This document shows positions 48,830 through 63,300 of a stretch of 64,000 nucleotides of DNA, one piece after another. This DNA is from Eledone cirrhosa (lineage: Eukaryota). The stretch covers positions 103,850,001 through 103,914,000 of the forward strand of contig OZ024744.1 of the NCBI GenBank assembly GCA_964016885.1. Reading direction: 5' to 3'. Position numbers and translations under genes: made by a program. How positions within the stretch are numbered: the first letter of the stretch is position 1; each line of letters opens with the position of its first letter. The notes beneath the pieces are model-generated. The model saw only the letters and a program-made list of their open reading frames with translations. It was not told the origin of the DNA and searched no databases.

Positions 48830-51800
48830 TGTGGGTATGGTGTGGCGTGCGGTGGCCGGGGGCGGGGGGGGGGAGTGCTTGACCGGAAGGGGTTTTTGAG
48901 TGCTCGACCGGAAGGGGTCTTTGACCGGAAGGATGCTCAACTGGAAGGGCCAGGAGAAGGCCTCTCTCTAGTGCTGACCAGCATACGGTGAGGACGCGTT
49001 TTGGGCAGCTCCCGGTTTTAAGCAGTCGGACACACGTGGAAGAGGAGTACCTGCAGTGGAATTTAGCGGCGCCTGTGAAAAGCGGTAAGTGAGATAGCTT
49101 TTTCTAACCACAAGCTATTTCGGCGACTGAAAAAAAAAAAAAAAAAAAAAAAAGAAAACACTTGCCGCAAAACAAATCAGAAGATGGCGACAAGTCTACG
49201 GATGAACGAAGCTATCAGGCCATTCACCGGGGAAGGTGATGCTGTCACTTGGCTGCGGAAGGTTCGGCTGCAGAAGATAGAAGACGTGGCCGGTCTCATT
49301 GCATTGTACCTCGAGGGCGACGCGTTGGTACTCTTCCTTGAGTTGGACGAGCACAGCCAAAGAGATGTGCAGAAGATTGAGAGGCGTCTGATGGATGCAT
49401 TCGCCGAGGGACCGTTGGCGGCTTTTGTTAAGCTGGCGAGAATCAGGTGGAATGGTGAGCGCGTCGACATTTTCGCAGCGGAAATAAGGCGGTTGGCTAT
49501 GTTGGCGGGCTACCAGGCGGAATGCGAACGCACGGTGCGGTTGGCATTCATCAATGGATTTCCGGACGACATAGCGGTGAAACTGCAGCAAGTCCCGGGG
49601 TACAAGAAGATGGAAATGCGTTCACTGGTGGAACAAGCCCGGATCATAGCGGAAGATGCCAAAAAGAGTGTCGCGGCGATAGCGACTACGGAGGCTCAGG
49701 ACACCTGGCAGCGAAATGGTCAAAGGGAGGCAACCTCGGCATGCGGCCGTTCGCGAGAATTTAAGGGCCGCTGTTTTAGGTGTCATGGCCCGCATATGGC
49801 TAGAGACTGTAGAGAGTCGAAGCCGGATATAATCTGCTACCGGTGTAAGCGACCAGGCCACATCGCTACTAACTGCGACCAGGGAAACGGTCCAAGGGGA
49901 ACTACTGCGCCGGTAGTTGCCCTTGGACCGTTAGCGGCGCTGCCGGTGGTGGAAGTCTTCGTGAGGGGGAAGCCACAGCGAGCCCTCGTGGACACGGGCT
50001 GTACGACGACACTGGTGACCGAGGGGGTGGCGCAGAGGTGGGGAGGGAAGAGCAGCGTAAGGGCAGTCGACGGCAGGAAAATTGAATGCCGAGGTCGCAG
50101 CGAGATGGAAATAGCGGTACGGGGAAGGACGATAAGGCTTTCCGCCATCGTGGTAGACAGTGTGGTGGATGGGATCGCCGTGGTTATGGGCATGGACGCG
50201 ATTGGTCGTCTAGGGGGCGTCACGGTGGACAATGTCGGTGTGTCGTTTGGCGCCGCTGCATCGGTATGCGCTGTGTGTGCACGTCATGAGAACCAGAGGC
50301 CCACGAGGAGGAATACCCCGCTTACACTGTACAGGACAAGGACTTCAAGGCCGTGTTTGATGGGCAGCAATGGGTTGTTGAGTGGTACTGGAAGGGAGAA
50401 CCACCAACACTGAAGACCAAAGTGGGCTGCTATCAACACACATTGAAGGGAAACGCTAGGGGCGAGTTCGAGCGAGAAGTAGAGAGATGGATCGAAGAGG
50501 GCATACTGCTTCCCTGGAAGGAGGAGGTGAAGTGCGGAGTATTGCCGTTGATGGCGGTGGTGCAACCCACGAAGAGCAAGGTGAGGCCGGTGCTGGACTA
50601 TCGAGAGCTGAACGAGCACGTGTCATGCCACACGGGTGGCAAGGTCACGGATGTCTGTGGGGAAACCCTGCGTGAGTGGAGACGCATGACGGGGGGGTTC
50701 AGCGATCGTGGATCTAAAGTTGGCTTACTTGCAGTTGCATATAGATGAGAAGCTCTGGCGGTATCAGCTGGTCAGGTATAAGGGCCGGACATATTGCCTG
50801 ACCAGGCTCGGTTTCAGGCTGAGCTCCGCACCGAAGATCATGGCGGCGATCCTCAAGACCGCTCTAGGGAGGGCCGACAAGATAAAGAGGGCTACTAACT
50901 CCTACATTGACGACATCCTAGTGGACGAGTCGGTGGTGTCGACGGCGGAGGTCACGAGCCATTTGCGGAGGTATGGACTGACTGCGAAGCCATCAGAAGC
51001 ATTGGAGGGAGGAGCCGCGCTGGGACTTAGGCTACGGCGAGATAAGACGGGCGTTTTGGTGTTCCAGAAGGGAAACAAAGTTCCGGAACTGGGCCCAAGT
51101 ATGAATAGGCGGGAGCTTTTCTCGGTGTGTGGAAAGCTGGTGGGTCACTACCCGATCGCTGGGTGGCTCCGGACGGCATGCAGCTATGTCAAGAGACGAG
51201 CGGCAGGGGTGACTTGGAGTGACAGAGTGGGAGAGAGAACGGTGGCCATGATGCAGGAGATCGTGGGGAGGGTGAAGGCCGACGACCCAGTGCGGGGACG
51301 CTGGTATGTTCCCAAATCACGGAGCGGGACCGTATGGTGCGATGCCAGCAGCATAGCGCTGGGTGTCACATTGGAGATAGGAGGTGTTGAGGTCGAGGAT
51401 GCAGCCTGGCTTAGAAAGAAGGACGACTGCAGCCACATCAATGTGGCCGAGCTGGATGCGGTGTTGAGAGGGATGAACCTCGCCCTGCGGTGGGGGCTGC
51501 GTACCATCGAGATACGCTCCGACTCGGCTACCGTACTCGGATGGGTAAGATCAGTGCTCACCAGTGAGAAGAGAGTGCGAACGAGAGGCACGGCGGAGAT
51601 GCTGATAAAGTGCCGCCTGGGAACGTTAGGAGAGCTGGCCACCGAGTTCGACCTGAAGCTGAGCGTAGTGTTCGTGCCTTCAGAGAAAAATAGGGCGGAC
51701 ATCTTAACTAGAGTGAAGAAAGCCTGGATGGAAGCGCCGGAGGAGGTAGAGGATGAGATAGCTGCCGTGTGTCGGCTGACCGAGTTAGACCTGAAGGGGT

Positions 51801-53032
51801 TGCATGACATGCACCACATGGGGGTGGATAGGAGTCTGTTCCTAGCCAGGAGAATCGACTCGGACGTTAGCAGACACAGTGTTCGGGGGGTCGTTAGAGG
51901 CTGCGTCCGATGTCAGTCCATTGATCCCGCCCCGGGTGTACACGAAACGGGAAGCCTCCCGGTGGATCGCGACTGGAAGCGATTAGCGGTGGATGTGACG
52001 CACTACCGGCAGGGAACGTACCTCTCGATGGTCGACTGTGGACCAGGTCGAGTGGCAATATGGAGGGAGATGAAGACCGGAACGGCCGAGGAAATCGTGC
52101 GGACGTTGAGAGAGGTGTTCTTGGAGCGGGGCCCTGTGGATGAACTGCTGATGGACAACAGCGCAGCGTTCCGCTCGGAGGCACTGAGGGGGATGCTCGA
52201 GGGATGGAAGGTGGACGGTTTCTTCAGAGCGGCACACAGGCCGAGCGGGAATGGAATCGTGGAGCGACACCACCCAACGATCAAGGCAATGGCGGAGCGG
52301 GGCCATATCTCACCAATGGAGGCAGTGTTCTGGTACAATATGCCCCCTCGGGTCGGACAGGTCGAGGAATCGGTGCCACACAGAGCAGTATTCAAATACG
52401 AGTGGCGGCACCCGTGCACGCCACCACAACGGCCAGTGCGGAGAGAGAGTGCATTCGTGCAGGTGGGCGAAGAAGTCTGGGTTAAGCCCCCAGATGCACG
52501 GTGCACATCTCAATGGGGAAGGGGAACGGTGACGGCCGTAAATTCAAAGAACAATGTGTCCGTGGACGGGGTACCACGTCATGTCCTGGATGTAAGAAGA
52601 GTCACCGTGTCGACGGACTCCGAGGAAGAGGAAACCCAAGATGAGGTGGAAACCCAGAGCCCTGCCCCAATACTACGAAGATCGCAACGAAGTCGTAGAC
52701 CACCGACCTGGACGGCAGACTTTCATATGCAGAGGGACGAGGGGGAAATTGATCCTTGAGATCAGAGGGGCGTGTGGGTATGGTGTGGCGTGCGGTGGCC
52801 GGATGCGGGGGGGGGGGAAGTGCTCGACCGGAAGGGGTCTTTGACCGGAAGGATGCTCGACCGGAAGGGCCAGGAGAGGGCCTCTCTCTAGTGGTGACCA
52901 GCATACGGTGAGGACACGTTTTGGGCAGCTCCCGGTGTTAAGCAGTCGGACGCACGTGGAAGAGGAGTACCTGCAGTGGAATTTGGCGGCGCCTGTGAAA
53001 AGCGGTAAGTGAGATAGCGTTTTCTAACTACA
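48830..53032 (+). mobile_element. Full-length Ty3/Gypsy LTR retrotransposon
   Basis: LTRs 48830-49112 and 52773-53032 (TG...CA); 5-bp TSD ACTAG at 48825-48829 and 53033-53037; PPT AGAGGGG before the 3' LTR; domain order gag-PR-RT-RH-IN. Confidence 0.97.
49184..52759 (+). pseudogene. Single gag-pol polyprotein ORF broken by a -1 and a +1 indel
   Basis: CFRCHGPHMARDC, CYRCKRPGHIATNC, LVDTG, YIDDIL, WCDASS/AELDA/RSDS/ADILTR (RNase H), HDMHH...CVRC, VDVT/MDNS/GIVERHH (integrase); 49184 and 50708 are in the same frame. Confidence 0.9.
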
Positions 53033-53143
53033 ACTAGTATCTACCAGATATAGACACTAGTATCTACTACAGACAACTAGACACTAGTAGCTACCAAACC
53101 TAGCTACTAGTGACTCTATAGACACTAGTAATTACCAGACCTA

Positions 53144-54322
53144 TGCTCAGTGTGTAGGAAAGGAGTAGTCAGAAACTCCATTTTATGTCCCAAATGCAAA
53201 GTATGGGTGCATAAAAGATGTAGTGGGATCACAGGTAAGCTAACTAAGAATATAGATTTTATATGTGGCCGGTGCTCAGGTGCAATAAGTAGCAGTAAGT
53301 GCCCACAGAATACTAGCTCATTCCATTGCACAGATGGTACTATAAAAATAGTGGACACCTTCCGTTACTTGGGTGACAAAATCAGCAGTGGTGGAGGGTG
53401 CTCTGAAAGTACAGTAGCTAGAGTCAGAACGGGATACAAAAAGTTCAGAGAGCTTATACCACTATTGGCTGCTAAAGGATTCTCTCTAAAAATGCAAGGC
53501 AGGCTGTATGATGCCTGCATACGAATAGCAATGTTACATGGCAGTGAGACCTGGGCATTGTGTGCAGAGGATATACGCAGACTGGTGAGAAACGAAGCTT
53601 GCATGCTCCGCTGGATGTGTAATAGTAATATACGTGAATGGAAAAGCATAAAGGAACTAAGGGAGAAATTAGGAATAAGAGGGATCAGATGTTGTTTACT
53701 CGAGAGAAGACTACGTTGGTATGGTCACGTGATGCGCATGAAAGACGACAGCTGTATAACAAAGTGCAGGGCGATAAAAATAGATGGTAGCCACGGAATA
53801 GGCAGACCCAGAAAAACCTGGGGCGACTTGATAAATTCCGACATCACACACTTACACCTCTCCAATACAATGTCACTGGAACGAGATCTTTGGTGCTACA
53901 CAGACATACAGAAGACCCGCCTTGCCTAAGTACAAAGCGAAACCTACAGTCAGTAGGCACCTCTAACAAAATACCCCCCCCCCCCCGTCCCACTACCCCC
54001 ACCACATCCACACCACCCCCTTAAATGTGAAGTTAAGTTGGTACCACAACATCCAGTCCGTAACAAATGAGGTCTTGTAGATGTCACAACAAAAAAACAC
54101 ACAGTCCACGCTGTAATGTGGCCGTGTAAGTAGCACGGCAAAAACCTCTCAGTCCACACTGTAAATGTGGTTGGTATAAGGAAGGGCATCAAGCCGTAGA
54201 ACCCGCCAGACAGTCCTATACAATCAGGACAACAAATCTTGCCTCAAGTGGGAAACCTCCAGTACAAACCCATGCAAGCCTGGAAGAAGGACGTTAAACG
54301 ATGATGATGATGATGATGATGA
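53144..54322 (+). mobile_element. RTE LINE 3' fragment inserted in the satellite
   Basis: Open 259-aa frame 53150-53929 (CRKGV...CPKCKVWVHKRCSG, MLHGSETW, RRLRWYGHVMR); 3' UTR; (GAT)n tail. Confidence 0.95.
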
Positions 54323-57300
54323 GCTACTACACACAACTATATAGACACTAGTATCTACCAGACCTAGCTACTAGTGACAACTATATAGACACTAGTATCT
54401 ACCAAGTCTAGCTACTAGTGACAACTATATAGACACTAGTATCTACCAGACCTAGCTACTAGTGACAACTATATAGACACTAGTATCTACCAGGTCTAGC
54501 TACTAGTGACAACTATATAGACACTAGTATCTACCAGACCTAGCTACTAGTGACAACTATATAGACACTAGTATCTACCAGTGATAACTATATATACACT
54601 AGTATGTACTAGACTTAGCTACGAGTGACAACTATATAGACACTAGTATCTACCAAACCTAACTACTAGAGACAACATTATAGACTAATCTATAGGAGAC
54701 CTAGCTACTAGTGTCAACTGTCTAGACACTAGTATCTACCAGACCTAGCTACTAGTGACAACTATATAGACACTAGTATCAACCAAGCCTAGCTACTAGT
54801 GACAACTATATAGACGCAAGTATCTACCAAACCTAGCTACTAGTGACAACTATATAGACACTAGTATCTACCAGGCCTAGCTACTAGAGACAACTATATA
54901 GACACTAGTATCTACCAGACATAGCTACTAGTGACAACTATATAGACACTGGTATCTACCAGACCTAGCTACTAGTGACACTATATAGACACTAGTATCT
55001 ACCAGGTTTAGTTACTAGTGACAACTACATAGACACTTGTATCTACCAGACCTTGTTACTACAAACAACTATATAGACACTAGCATCTACCAAACCTAGC
55101 TACTAGTGACAACTATATAGACACTAGTATCTACCAGGTCTAGCTACTACAGACAACTATATAGACACTAGTATCTACCAGACCTAGCTACTAGTGACAC
55201 TATATAGACACTAGTATCTACATGACCTAGCTACTAGTGACAACTATATAGACACTAGTATCTACCAGACCTAGCTACTAGTGACAACTATATAGATACT
55301 AGTATCTACCAGACCTAGCTACTAGTGACAACTATATAGACACTAGTATCTACCAGACCTAGCTACTAGTGACAACTATATAGACACTAGTATCTACCAG
55401 GCCTAGCTAATATTTACAATTATATAGACATTAGTATCTACCATACCTAGCTACTACAGACAACTATATAGACACTAGTATCTACCAGACCTAGCTACTA
55501 GTGACAACTATATAGACACTAGTATCTACCAGACCTAGCTACTAGTGACAACTATCTGGACACTAGTATCTACCAGACCTAGCTACTAGTGACAACTATA
55601 TTGACACTAGTATCTACCAGACCTAGCTACTAGTCACAACTATATAGACACTAGTATCTACCAGGCCTAGCTACTAGTGACAACTATATAGACACTAGTA
55701 TCTACCAGAACTAGCTACTACAGACAACTATATAGACACTAGTATCTACCAGACCTAGCTACTAGTGACACTATATAGACACTAGTATCTACCAGGTCTA
55801 GCTACTAGTGACAACTATATAGACACTAGTATCTACCACACCTAACTACTAGCGACAACTATATAGACACTAGTCTCTACCAGGTCTAGTTACTAGTGAC
55901 AACTATATAGACACTAGTATCAACCAGACCTAGCTATTAGTGACGACTATACAGACACTAGTATCTACCAGACCTAGCTATTAGTGACAACTATACAGAC
56001 ACTAGTATCTACCAGACCTAGCTACTACAGATAACTATATAGACACTAGTATCTACCAGACCTAGCTACTAGTGACACCTATATAGACACTAGTATCTTC
56101 CAGGTCTAACTACTAGTGACAACTATATAGGCACTAGTATCTTCCATGCCTAGCTACTAGAGACAACTATATAGACACTAGTATCTACCAAACCTAGCTA
56201 CTAGTGACAACTATATAGACACTAGTATCTACCAAGCCTAGCTACTAGTGACAACTATATAGACACTAGTATCTACCATACCTAGCTACTAGTGACAACT
56301 ATATAGACACTAGTATCTACCAAGCCTAGCTACTAGTGACAACTATATAGACACTAGTATCTACCAGACCTAGCTACTACAGACAACTATATAGATACTA
56401 GTATCTACCAGACCTAGCGACTAGTGACAACTATATAGACACTAGTATCTACCAGGCCTAGCTACTACAGACAACTATATAGACACTAGTATCTACCAGA
56501 CCTAGCTACTAGTGACAACTTATAGACACTAGTATCTACCAGACCTAGCTACTACAGACAACTATATAGACACTAGTATCTACCAGACCTAACTACTAGT
56601 GACAGTTATATAGACACTAGTATCTACCAGACCTAGCTACTAGTGACAACTATATAGACACTAGTATCTACCAGACCTAGCTACTAGTGACACCTATATA
56701 GACACTAGTATCTACTAGGTCTAGCTACTAGTGACAACTATATAGACACTAGTATCTACCAGGTCTAGCTATTAGTGACAACTATATAGATAATAGTATA
56801 TACCAGACCTAGCTACTACAGACAACTATATAGACACTAGTATCTACCAGACCTAGCTACTAGTGGCACCTATATAGACACTAGTATCTACTAGGCCTAG
56901 CTACTAGTGACAACTATATAGACACTAATATCTACCAGACCTAGCTACTAGTGACAACAATATAGACACTAGTATCTACCAGACCTAGCTACTAGTGATA
57001 ACTATATAGATGCTAGTATCTACCATGTCTAGCTACTACAGACAACTATATAGACACTAGTATCTACCAGGCCTAGCTAATATTTACAACTATATAGACA
57101 CTAGTATCTACCAGGTCTAGCTACTACAGACAACTATATAGACACTAGTATCTACCAGACCTAGCTACTAGTGACAACTCTATAGACACTATTATCTACA
57201 TGACCTAGCTACTACAGACAACTATATAGACACTAGTATCTACCAGACCTAGCTACTAGTGACAACTATATAGACACTAGTATCTAGCAGACCTAGCTAC

Positions 57301-60300
57301 TAGTGACAACTATATAGACACTAGTATCTACCATGTCTAGCTACTACAGACAACTATATAGACACTAGTATTTACCAGGCCTAGCTAATATTTACAACTA
57401 TATAGACACTAGTATCTACCAGACCTAGCTACTAGCGACAACTATACAGACACTAGTATATACCAGACCTAGCTACTACAGACAACTATATAGACACTCG
57501 TATCTACCAGACCTAGCTACTAGTGACAACTATATAGACACTAGTATCTACCAGACCTAGCTACTACAGACAACTATATAGACACTAGTATCTACCAGAC
57601 CTAGCTACTAGTGACAACGATATAGACGCTAGTATCTACCAGACCTAGCTACTAGTGACAACTATATAGACGCTAGTATCTACCAGACCTAGCTACTAGT
57701 GACAACTATATAGACGCTAGTATCTACCAGACCTAGCTACTAGTGACAACTATATAGACACTAGTATCTACCAGACCTAGCTACTACAGACAACTATATA
57801 GACACTAGTATCTACCAGACCTAGCTACTACAGATAACTATATAGGCACTAGTATCTACCAGACCTAGCTACTAGTGACAACTATATAGACACTAGTATC
57901 TACCTAAACCTAGCTACTAGTGTCAACTGTATAGACACTAGTATCTACCAGACCTAGCTACTAGTGACACCTATATAGACACTAGTATCTTCCAGACCTA
58001 ACAACTAGTGACACCTATATAGACATTAGTATCTTCCAGACCTAACTACTAGTGACAACTCTATAGACACTAGTATCTACCGGACCTAGCTACTAGTGAC
58101 ATCTATATAGACACTAGTATCTACCAGACCTAGTTACTACAGACAACTATATAGACACTAGTATCTACCAGACCTAGCTACTAGTGACAAATATATAGAC
58201 ACTAGTATCTACCAGACCTAGATACTAGTGACAACTATATAGACACTAGTATCTACTAGGTCTAGCCACTAGTGACAACTATATAGACACTAGTATCTTC
58301 CAGACCTAGCTACTACAGACAACTATATAGACACTAGTATCTACCAGACCTAGCTACTAGTAACAACTATATAGACACTAGTATCTACCAGACCTAGCTA
58401 CTAGTGACAATTATATAGACACTAGTATCTACCAGACCTAGCTACTAGTGACAACTATATAGACACTAGTATCTACCAAACCTAACTACTAGTGACAACT
58501 ATATAGACACTAGTATCTACCAGACCTAGCTACTAGTGACAATTATATAGACACTAGTATCTACCAGACCTAGCTACTAGTGACAACTATATAGACACTA
58601 GTATCTACCAAACCTAACTACTAGTGACAACTATATAGACACTAGTATCTACCAGACCTAGCTACTAGTGACAACTATAAAGACACTAGTATCTACCAGA
58701 CCTAGCTACTACAGACAACTATATAGACACTAGTATCTACCAGGTCTAGCTAATACAGACAACTATATAGACACTTGTATCTACCAAACCTAGCTACTAG
58801 TGTCAACTGTATAGACGCTAGTATCTACCAAACCTAGCTACTTATGTCAACTATATAGACACTAGTATCTACCAGACCTAGCTACTAGTGACAACTATAT
58901 AGACGCTAGTATCTACCAGACCTAGCTACTAGTGACAACTATACAGACACTAGTATCTACCAGACCTAGCTACTAGTGACAACTATATAGACACTAGTAT
59001 CTACCAGACCTAGCTACTAGTGACAACTATATAGACACTCATATCTACCATGTCTAGCTACTAGTGACACCTATATAGACAGTAGTATCTTCCATGTCTA
59101 ACTACTAGTGACAACTATATAGACACTAGTATCTACCAGACCTAGCTACTAGTGACAACTATATAGACACTAGTATCTACCAAACCTAGGCACAAGTGTC
59201 AACTATATAGACACTAGTATCTACCAGACCTAGCTACTAGTGACAACTATATAGACACTAGTATCTACCAGGTCTAGCTACTAGTGACAACTATATAGAC
59301 ACTAGTATCTACCAGACCTAGCTACTAGTGACAACTATATAGACACTAGTATCTACCAGTGATAACTATATATACACTAGTATGTACTAGACTTAGCTAC
59401 GAGTGACAACTATATAGACACTAGTATCTACCAAACCTAACTACTAGAGACAACATTATAGACTAATCTATAGGAGACCTAGCTACTAGTGTCAACTGTC
59501 TAGACACTAGTATCTACCAGACCTAGCTACTAGTGACAACTATATAGACACTAGTATCAACCAAGCCTAGCTACTAGTGACAACTATATAGACGCAAGTA
59601 TCTACCAAACCTAGCTACTAGTGACAACTATATAGACACTAGTATCTACCAGGCCTAGCTACTAGAGACAACTATATAGACACTAGTATCTACCAGACAT
59701 AGCTACTAGTGACAACTATATAGACACTGGTATCTACCAGACCTAGCTACTAGTGACACTATATAGACACTAGTATCTACCAGGTTTAGTTACTAGTGAC
59801 AACTACATAGACACTTGTATCTACCAGACCTTGTTACTACAAACAACTATATAGACACTCGTATCTACCAGACCTAGCTACTAGTGACAACTATATAGAC
59901 ACTAGTATCTACCAGACCTAGCTACTACAGACAACTATATAGACACTAGTATCTACCAGACCTAGCTACTAGTGACAACGATATAGACGCTAGTATCTAC
60001 CAGACCTAGCTACTAGTGACAACTATATAGACGCTAGTATCTACCAGACCTAGCTACTAGTGACAACTATATAGACGCTAGTATCTACCAGACCTAGCTA
60101 CTAGTGACAACTATATAGACACTAGTATCTACCAGACCTAGCTACTACAGACAACTATATAGACACTAGTATCTACCAGACCTAGCTACTACAGATAACT
60201 ATATAGGCACTAGTATCTACCAGACCTAGCTACTAGTGACAACTATATAGACACTAGTATCTACCTAAACCTAGCTACTAGTGTCAACTGTATAGACACT

Positions 60301-63300
60301 AGTATCTACCAGACCTAGCTACTAGTGACACCTATATAGACACTAGTATCTTCCAGACCTAACAACTAGTGACACCTATATAGACATTAGTATCTTCCAG
60401 ACCTAACTACTAGTGACAACTCTATAGACACTAGTATCTACCGGACCTAGCTACTAGTGACATCTATATAGACACTAGTATCTACCAGACCTAGTTACTA
60501 CAGACAACTATATAGACACTAGTATCTACCAGACCTAGCTACTAGTGACAAATATATAGACACTAGTATCTACCAGACCTAGATACTAGTGACAACTATA
60601 TAGACACTAGTATCTACTAGGTCTAGCCACTAGTGACAACTATATAGACACTAGTATCTTCCAGACCTAGCTACTACAGACAACTATATAGACACTAGTA
60701 TCTACCAGACCTAGCTACTAGTAACAACTATATAGACACTAGTATCTACCAGACCTAGCTACTAGTGACAATTATATAGACACTAGTATCTACCAGACCT
60801 AGCTACTAGTGACAACTATATAGACACTAGTATCTACCAAACCTAACTACTAGTGACAACTATATAGACACTAGTATCTACCAGACCTAGCTACTAGTGA
60901 CAATTATATAGACACTAGTATCTACCAGACCTAGCTACTAGTGACAACTATATAGACACTAGTATCTACCAAACCTAACTACTAGTGACAACTATATAGA
61001 CACTAGTATCTACCAGACCTAGCTACTAGTGACAACTATAAAGACACTAGTATCTACCAGACCTAGCTACTACAGACAACTATATAGACACTAGTATCTA
61101 CCAGGTCTAGCTAATACAGACAACTATATAGACACTTGTATCTACCAAACCTAGCTACTAGTGTCAACTGTATAGACGCTAGTATCTACCAAACCTAGCT
61201 ACTTATGTCAACTATATAGACACTAGTATCTACCAGACCTAGCTACTAGTGACAACTATATAGACGCTAGTATCTACCAGACCTAGCTACTAGTGACAAC
61301 TATACAGACACTAGTATCTACCAGACCTAGCTACTAGTGACAACTATATAGACACTAGTATCTACCAGACCTAGCTACTAGTGACAACTATATAGACACT
61401 CATATCTACCATGTCTAGCTACTAGTGACACCTATATAGACAGTAGTATCTTCCATGTCTAACTACTAGTGACAACTATATAGACACTAGTATCTACCAG
61501 ACCTAGCTACTAGTGACAACTATATAGACACTAGTATCTACCAAGTCTAGCTACTAGTGACAACTATATAGACACTAGTATCTACCAGACCTAGCTACTA
61601 GTGACAACTATATAGACACTAGTATCTACCAGGTCTAGCTACTAGTGACAACTATATAGACACTAGTATCTACCAGACCTAGCTACTAGTGACAACTATA
61701 TAGACACTAGTATCTACCAGTGATAACTATATATACACTAGTATGTACTAGACTTAGCTACGAGTGACAACTATATAGACACTAGTATCTACCAAACCTA
61801 ACTACTAGAGACAACATTATAGACTAATCTATAGGAGACCTAGCTACTAGTGTCAACTGTCTAGACACTAGTATCTACCAGACCTAGCTACTAGTGACAA
61901 CTATATAGACACTAGTATCAACCAAGCCTAGCTACTAGTGACAACTATATAGACGCAAGTATCTACCAAACCTAGCTACTAGTGACAACTATATAGACAC
62001 TAGTATCTACCAGGCCTAGCTACTAGAGACAACTATATAGACACTAGTATCTACCAGACATAGCTACTAGTGACAACTATATAGACACTGGTATCTACCA
62101 GACCTAGCTACTAGTGACACTATATAGACACTAGTATCTACCAGGTTTAGTTACTAGTGACAACTACATAGACACTTGTATCTACCAGACCTTGTTACTA
62201 CAAACAACTATATAGACACTAGCATCTACCAAACCTAGCTACTAGTGACAACTATATAGACACTAGTATCTACCAGGTCTAGCTACTACAGACAACTATA
62301 TAGACACTAGTATCTACCAGACCTAGCTACTAGTGACACTATATAGACACTAGTATCTACATGACCTAGCTACTAGTGACAACTATATAGACACTAGTAT
62401 CTACCAGACCTAGCTACTAGTGACAACTATATAGATACTAGTATCTACCAGACCTAGCTACTAGTGACAACTATATAGACACTAGTATCTACCAGACCTA
62501 GCTACTAGTGACAACTATATAGACACTAGTATCTACCAGGCCTAGCTAATATTTACAATTATATAGACATTAGTATCTACCATACCTAGCTACTACAGAC
62601 AACTATATAGACACTAGTATCTACCAGACCTAGCTACTAGTGACAACTATATAGACACTAGTATCTACCAGACCTAGCTACTAGTGACAACTATCTGGAC
62701 ACTAGTATCTACCAGACCTAGCTACTAGTGACAACTATATTGACACTAGTATCTACCAGACCTAGCTACTAGTGACAACTATATAGACACTAGTATCTAC
62801 CAGGCCTAGCTACTAGTGACAACTATATAGACACTAGTATCTACCAGAACTAGCTACTACAGACAACTATATAGACACTAGTATCTACCAGACCTAGCTA
62901 CTAGTGACACTATATAGACACTAGTATCTACCAGGTCTAGCTACTAGTGACAACTATATAGACACTAGTATCTACCACACCTAACTACTAGCGACAACTA
63001 TATAGACACTAGTCTCTACCAGGTCTAGTTACTAGTGACAACTATATAGACACTAGTATCAACCAGACCTAGCTATTAGTGACGACTATACAGACACTAG
63101 TATCTACCAGACCTAGCTATTAGTGACAACTATACAGACACTAGTATCTACCAGACCTAGCTACTACAGATAACTATATAGACACTAGTATCTACCAGAC
63201 CTAGCTACTAGTGACACCTATATAGACACTAGTATCTTCCAGGTCTAACTACTAGTGACAACTATATAGGCACTAGTATCTTCCATGCCTAGCTACTAGA

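Larger units (their letters stand above)
34602..50768 (+). repeat. Tandem triplication of a 5357-bp composite unit
   Basis: GACAAATTACTATCTAG starts at 34602, 39959 and 45316; ORF track repeats at +5357; third unit is 98 bp longer. Confidence 0.97.

Noticed and set aside
51184-52506. Antisense ORFs of 96-211 aa within pol
   Set aside because: Expected shadow ORFs of a GC-rich coding strand; no motifs
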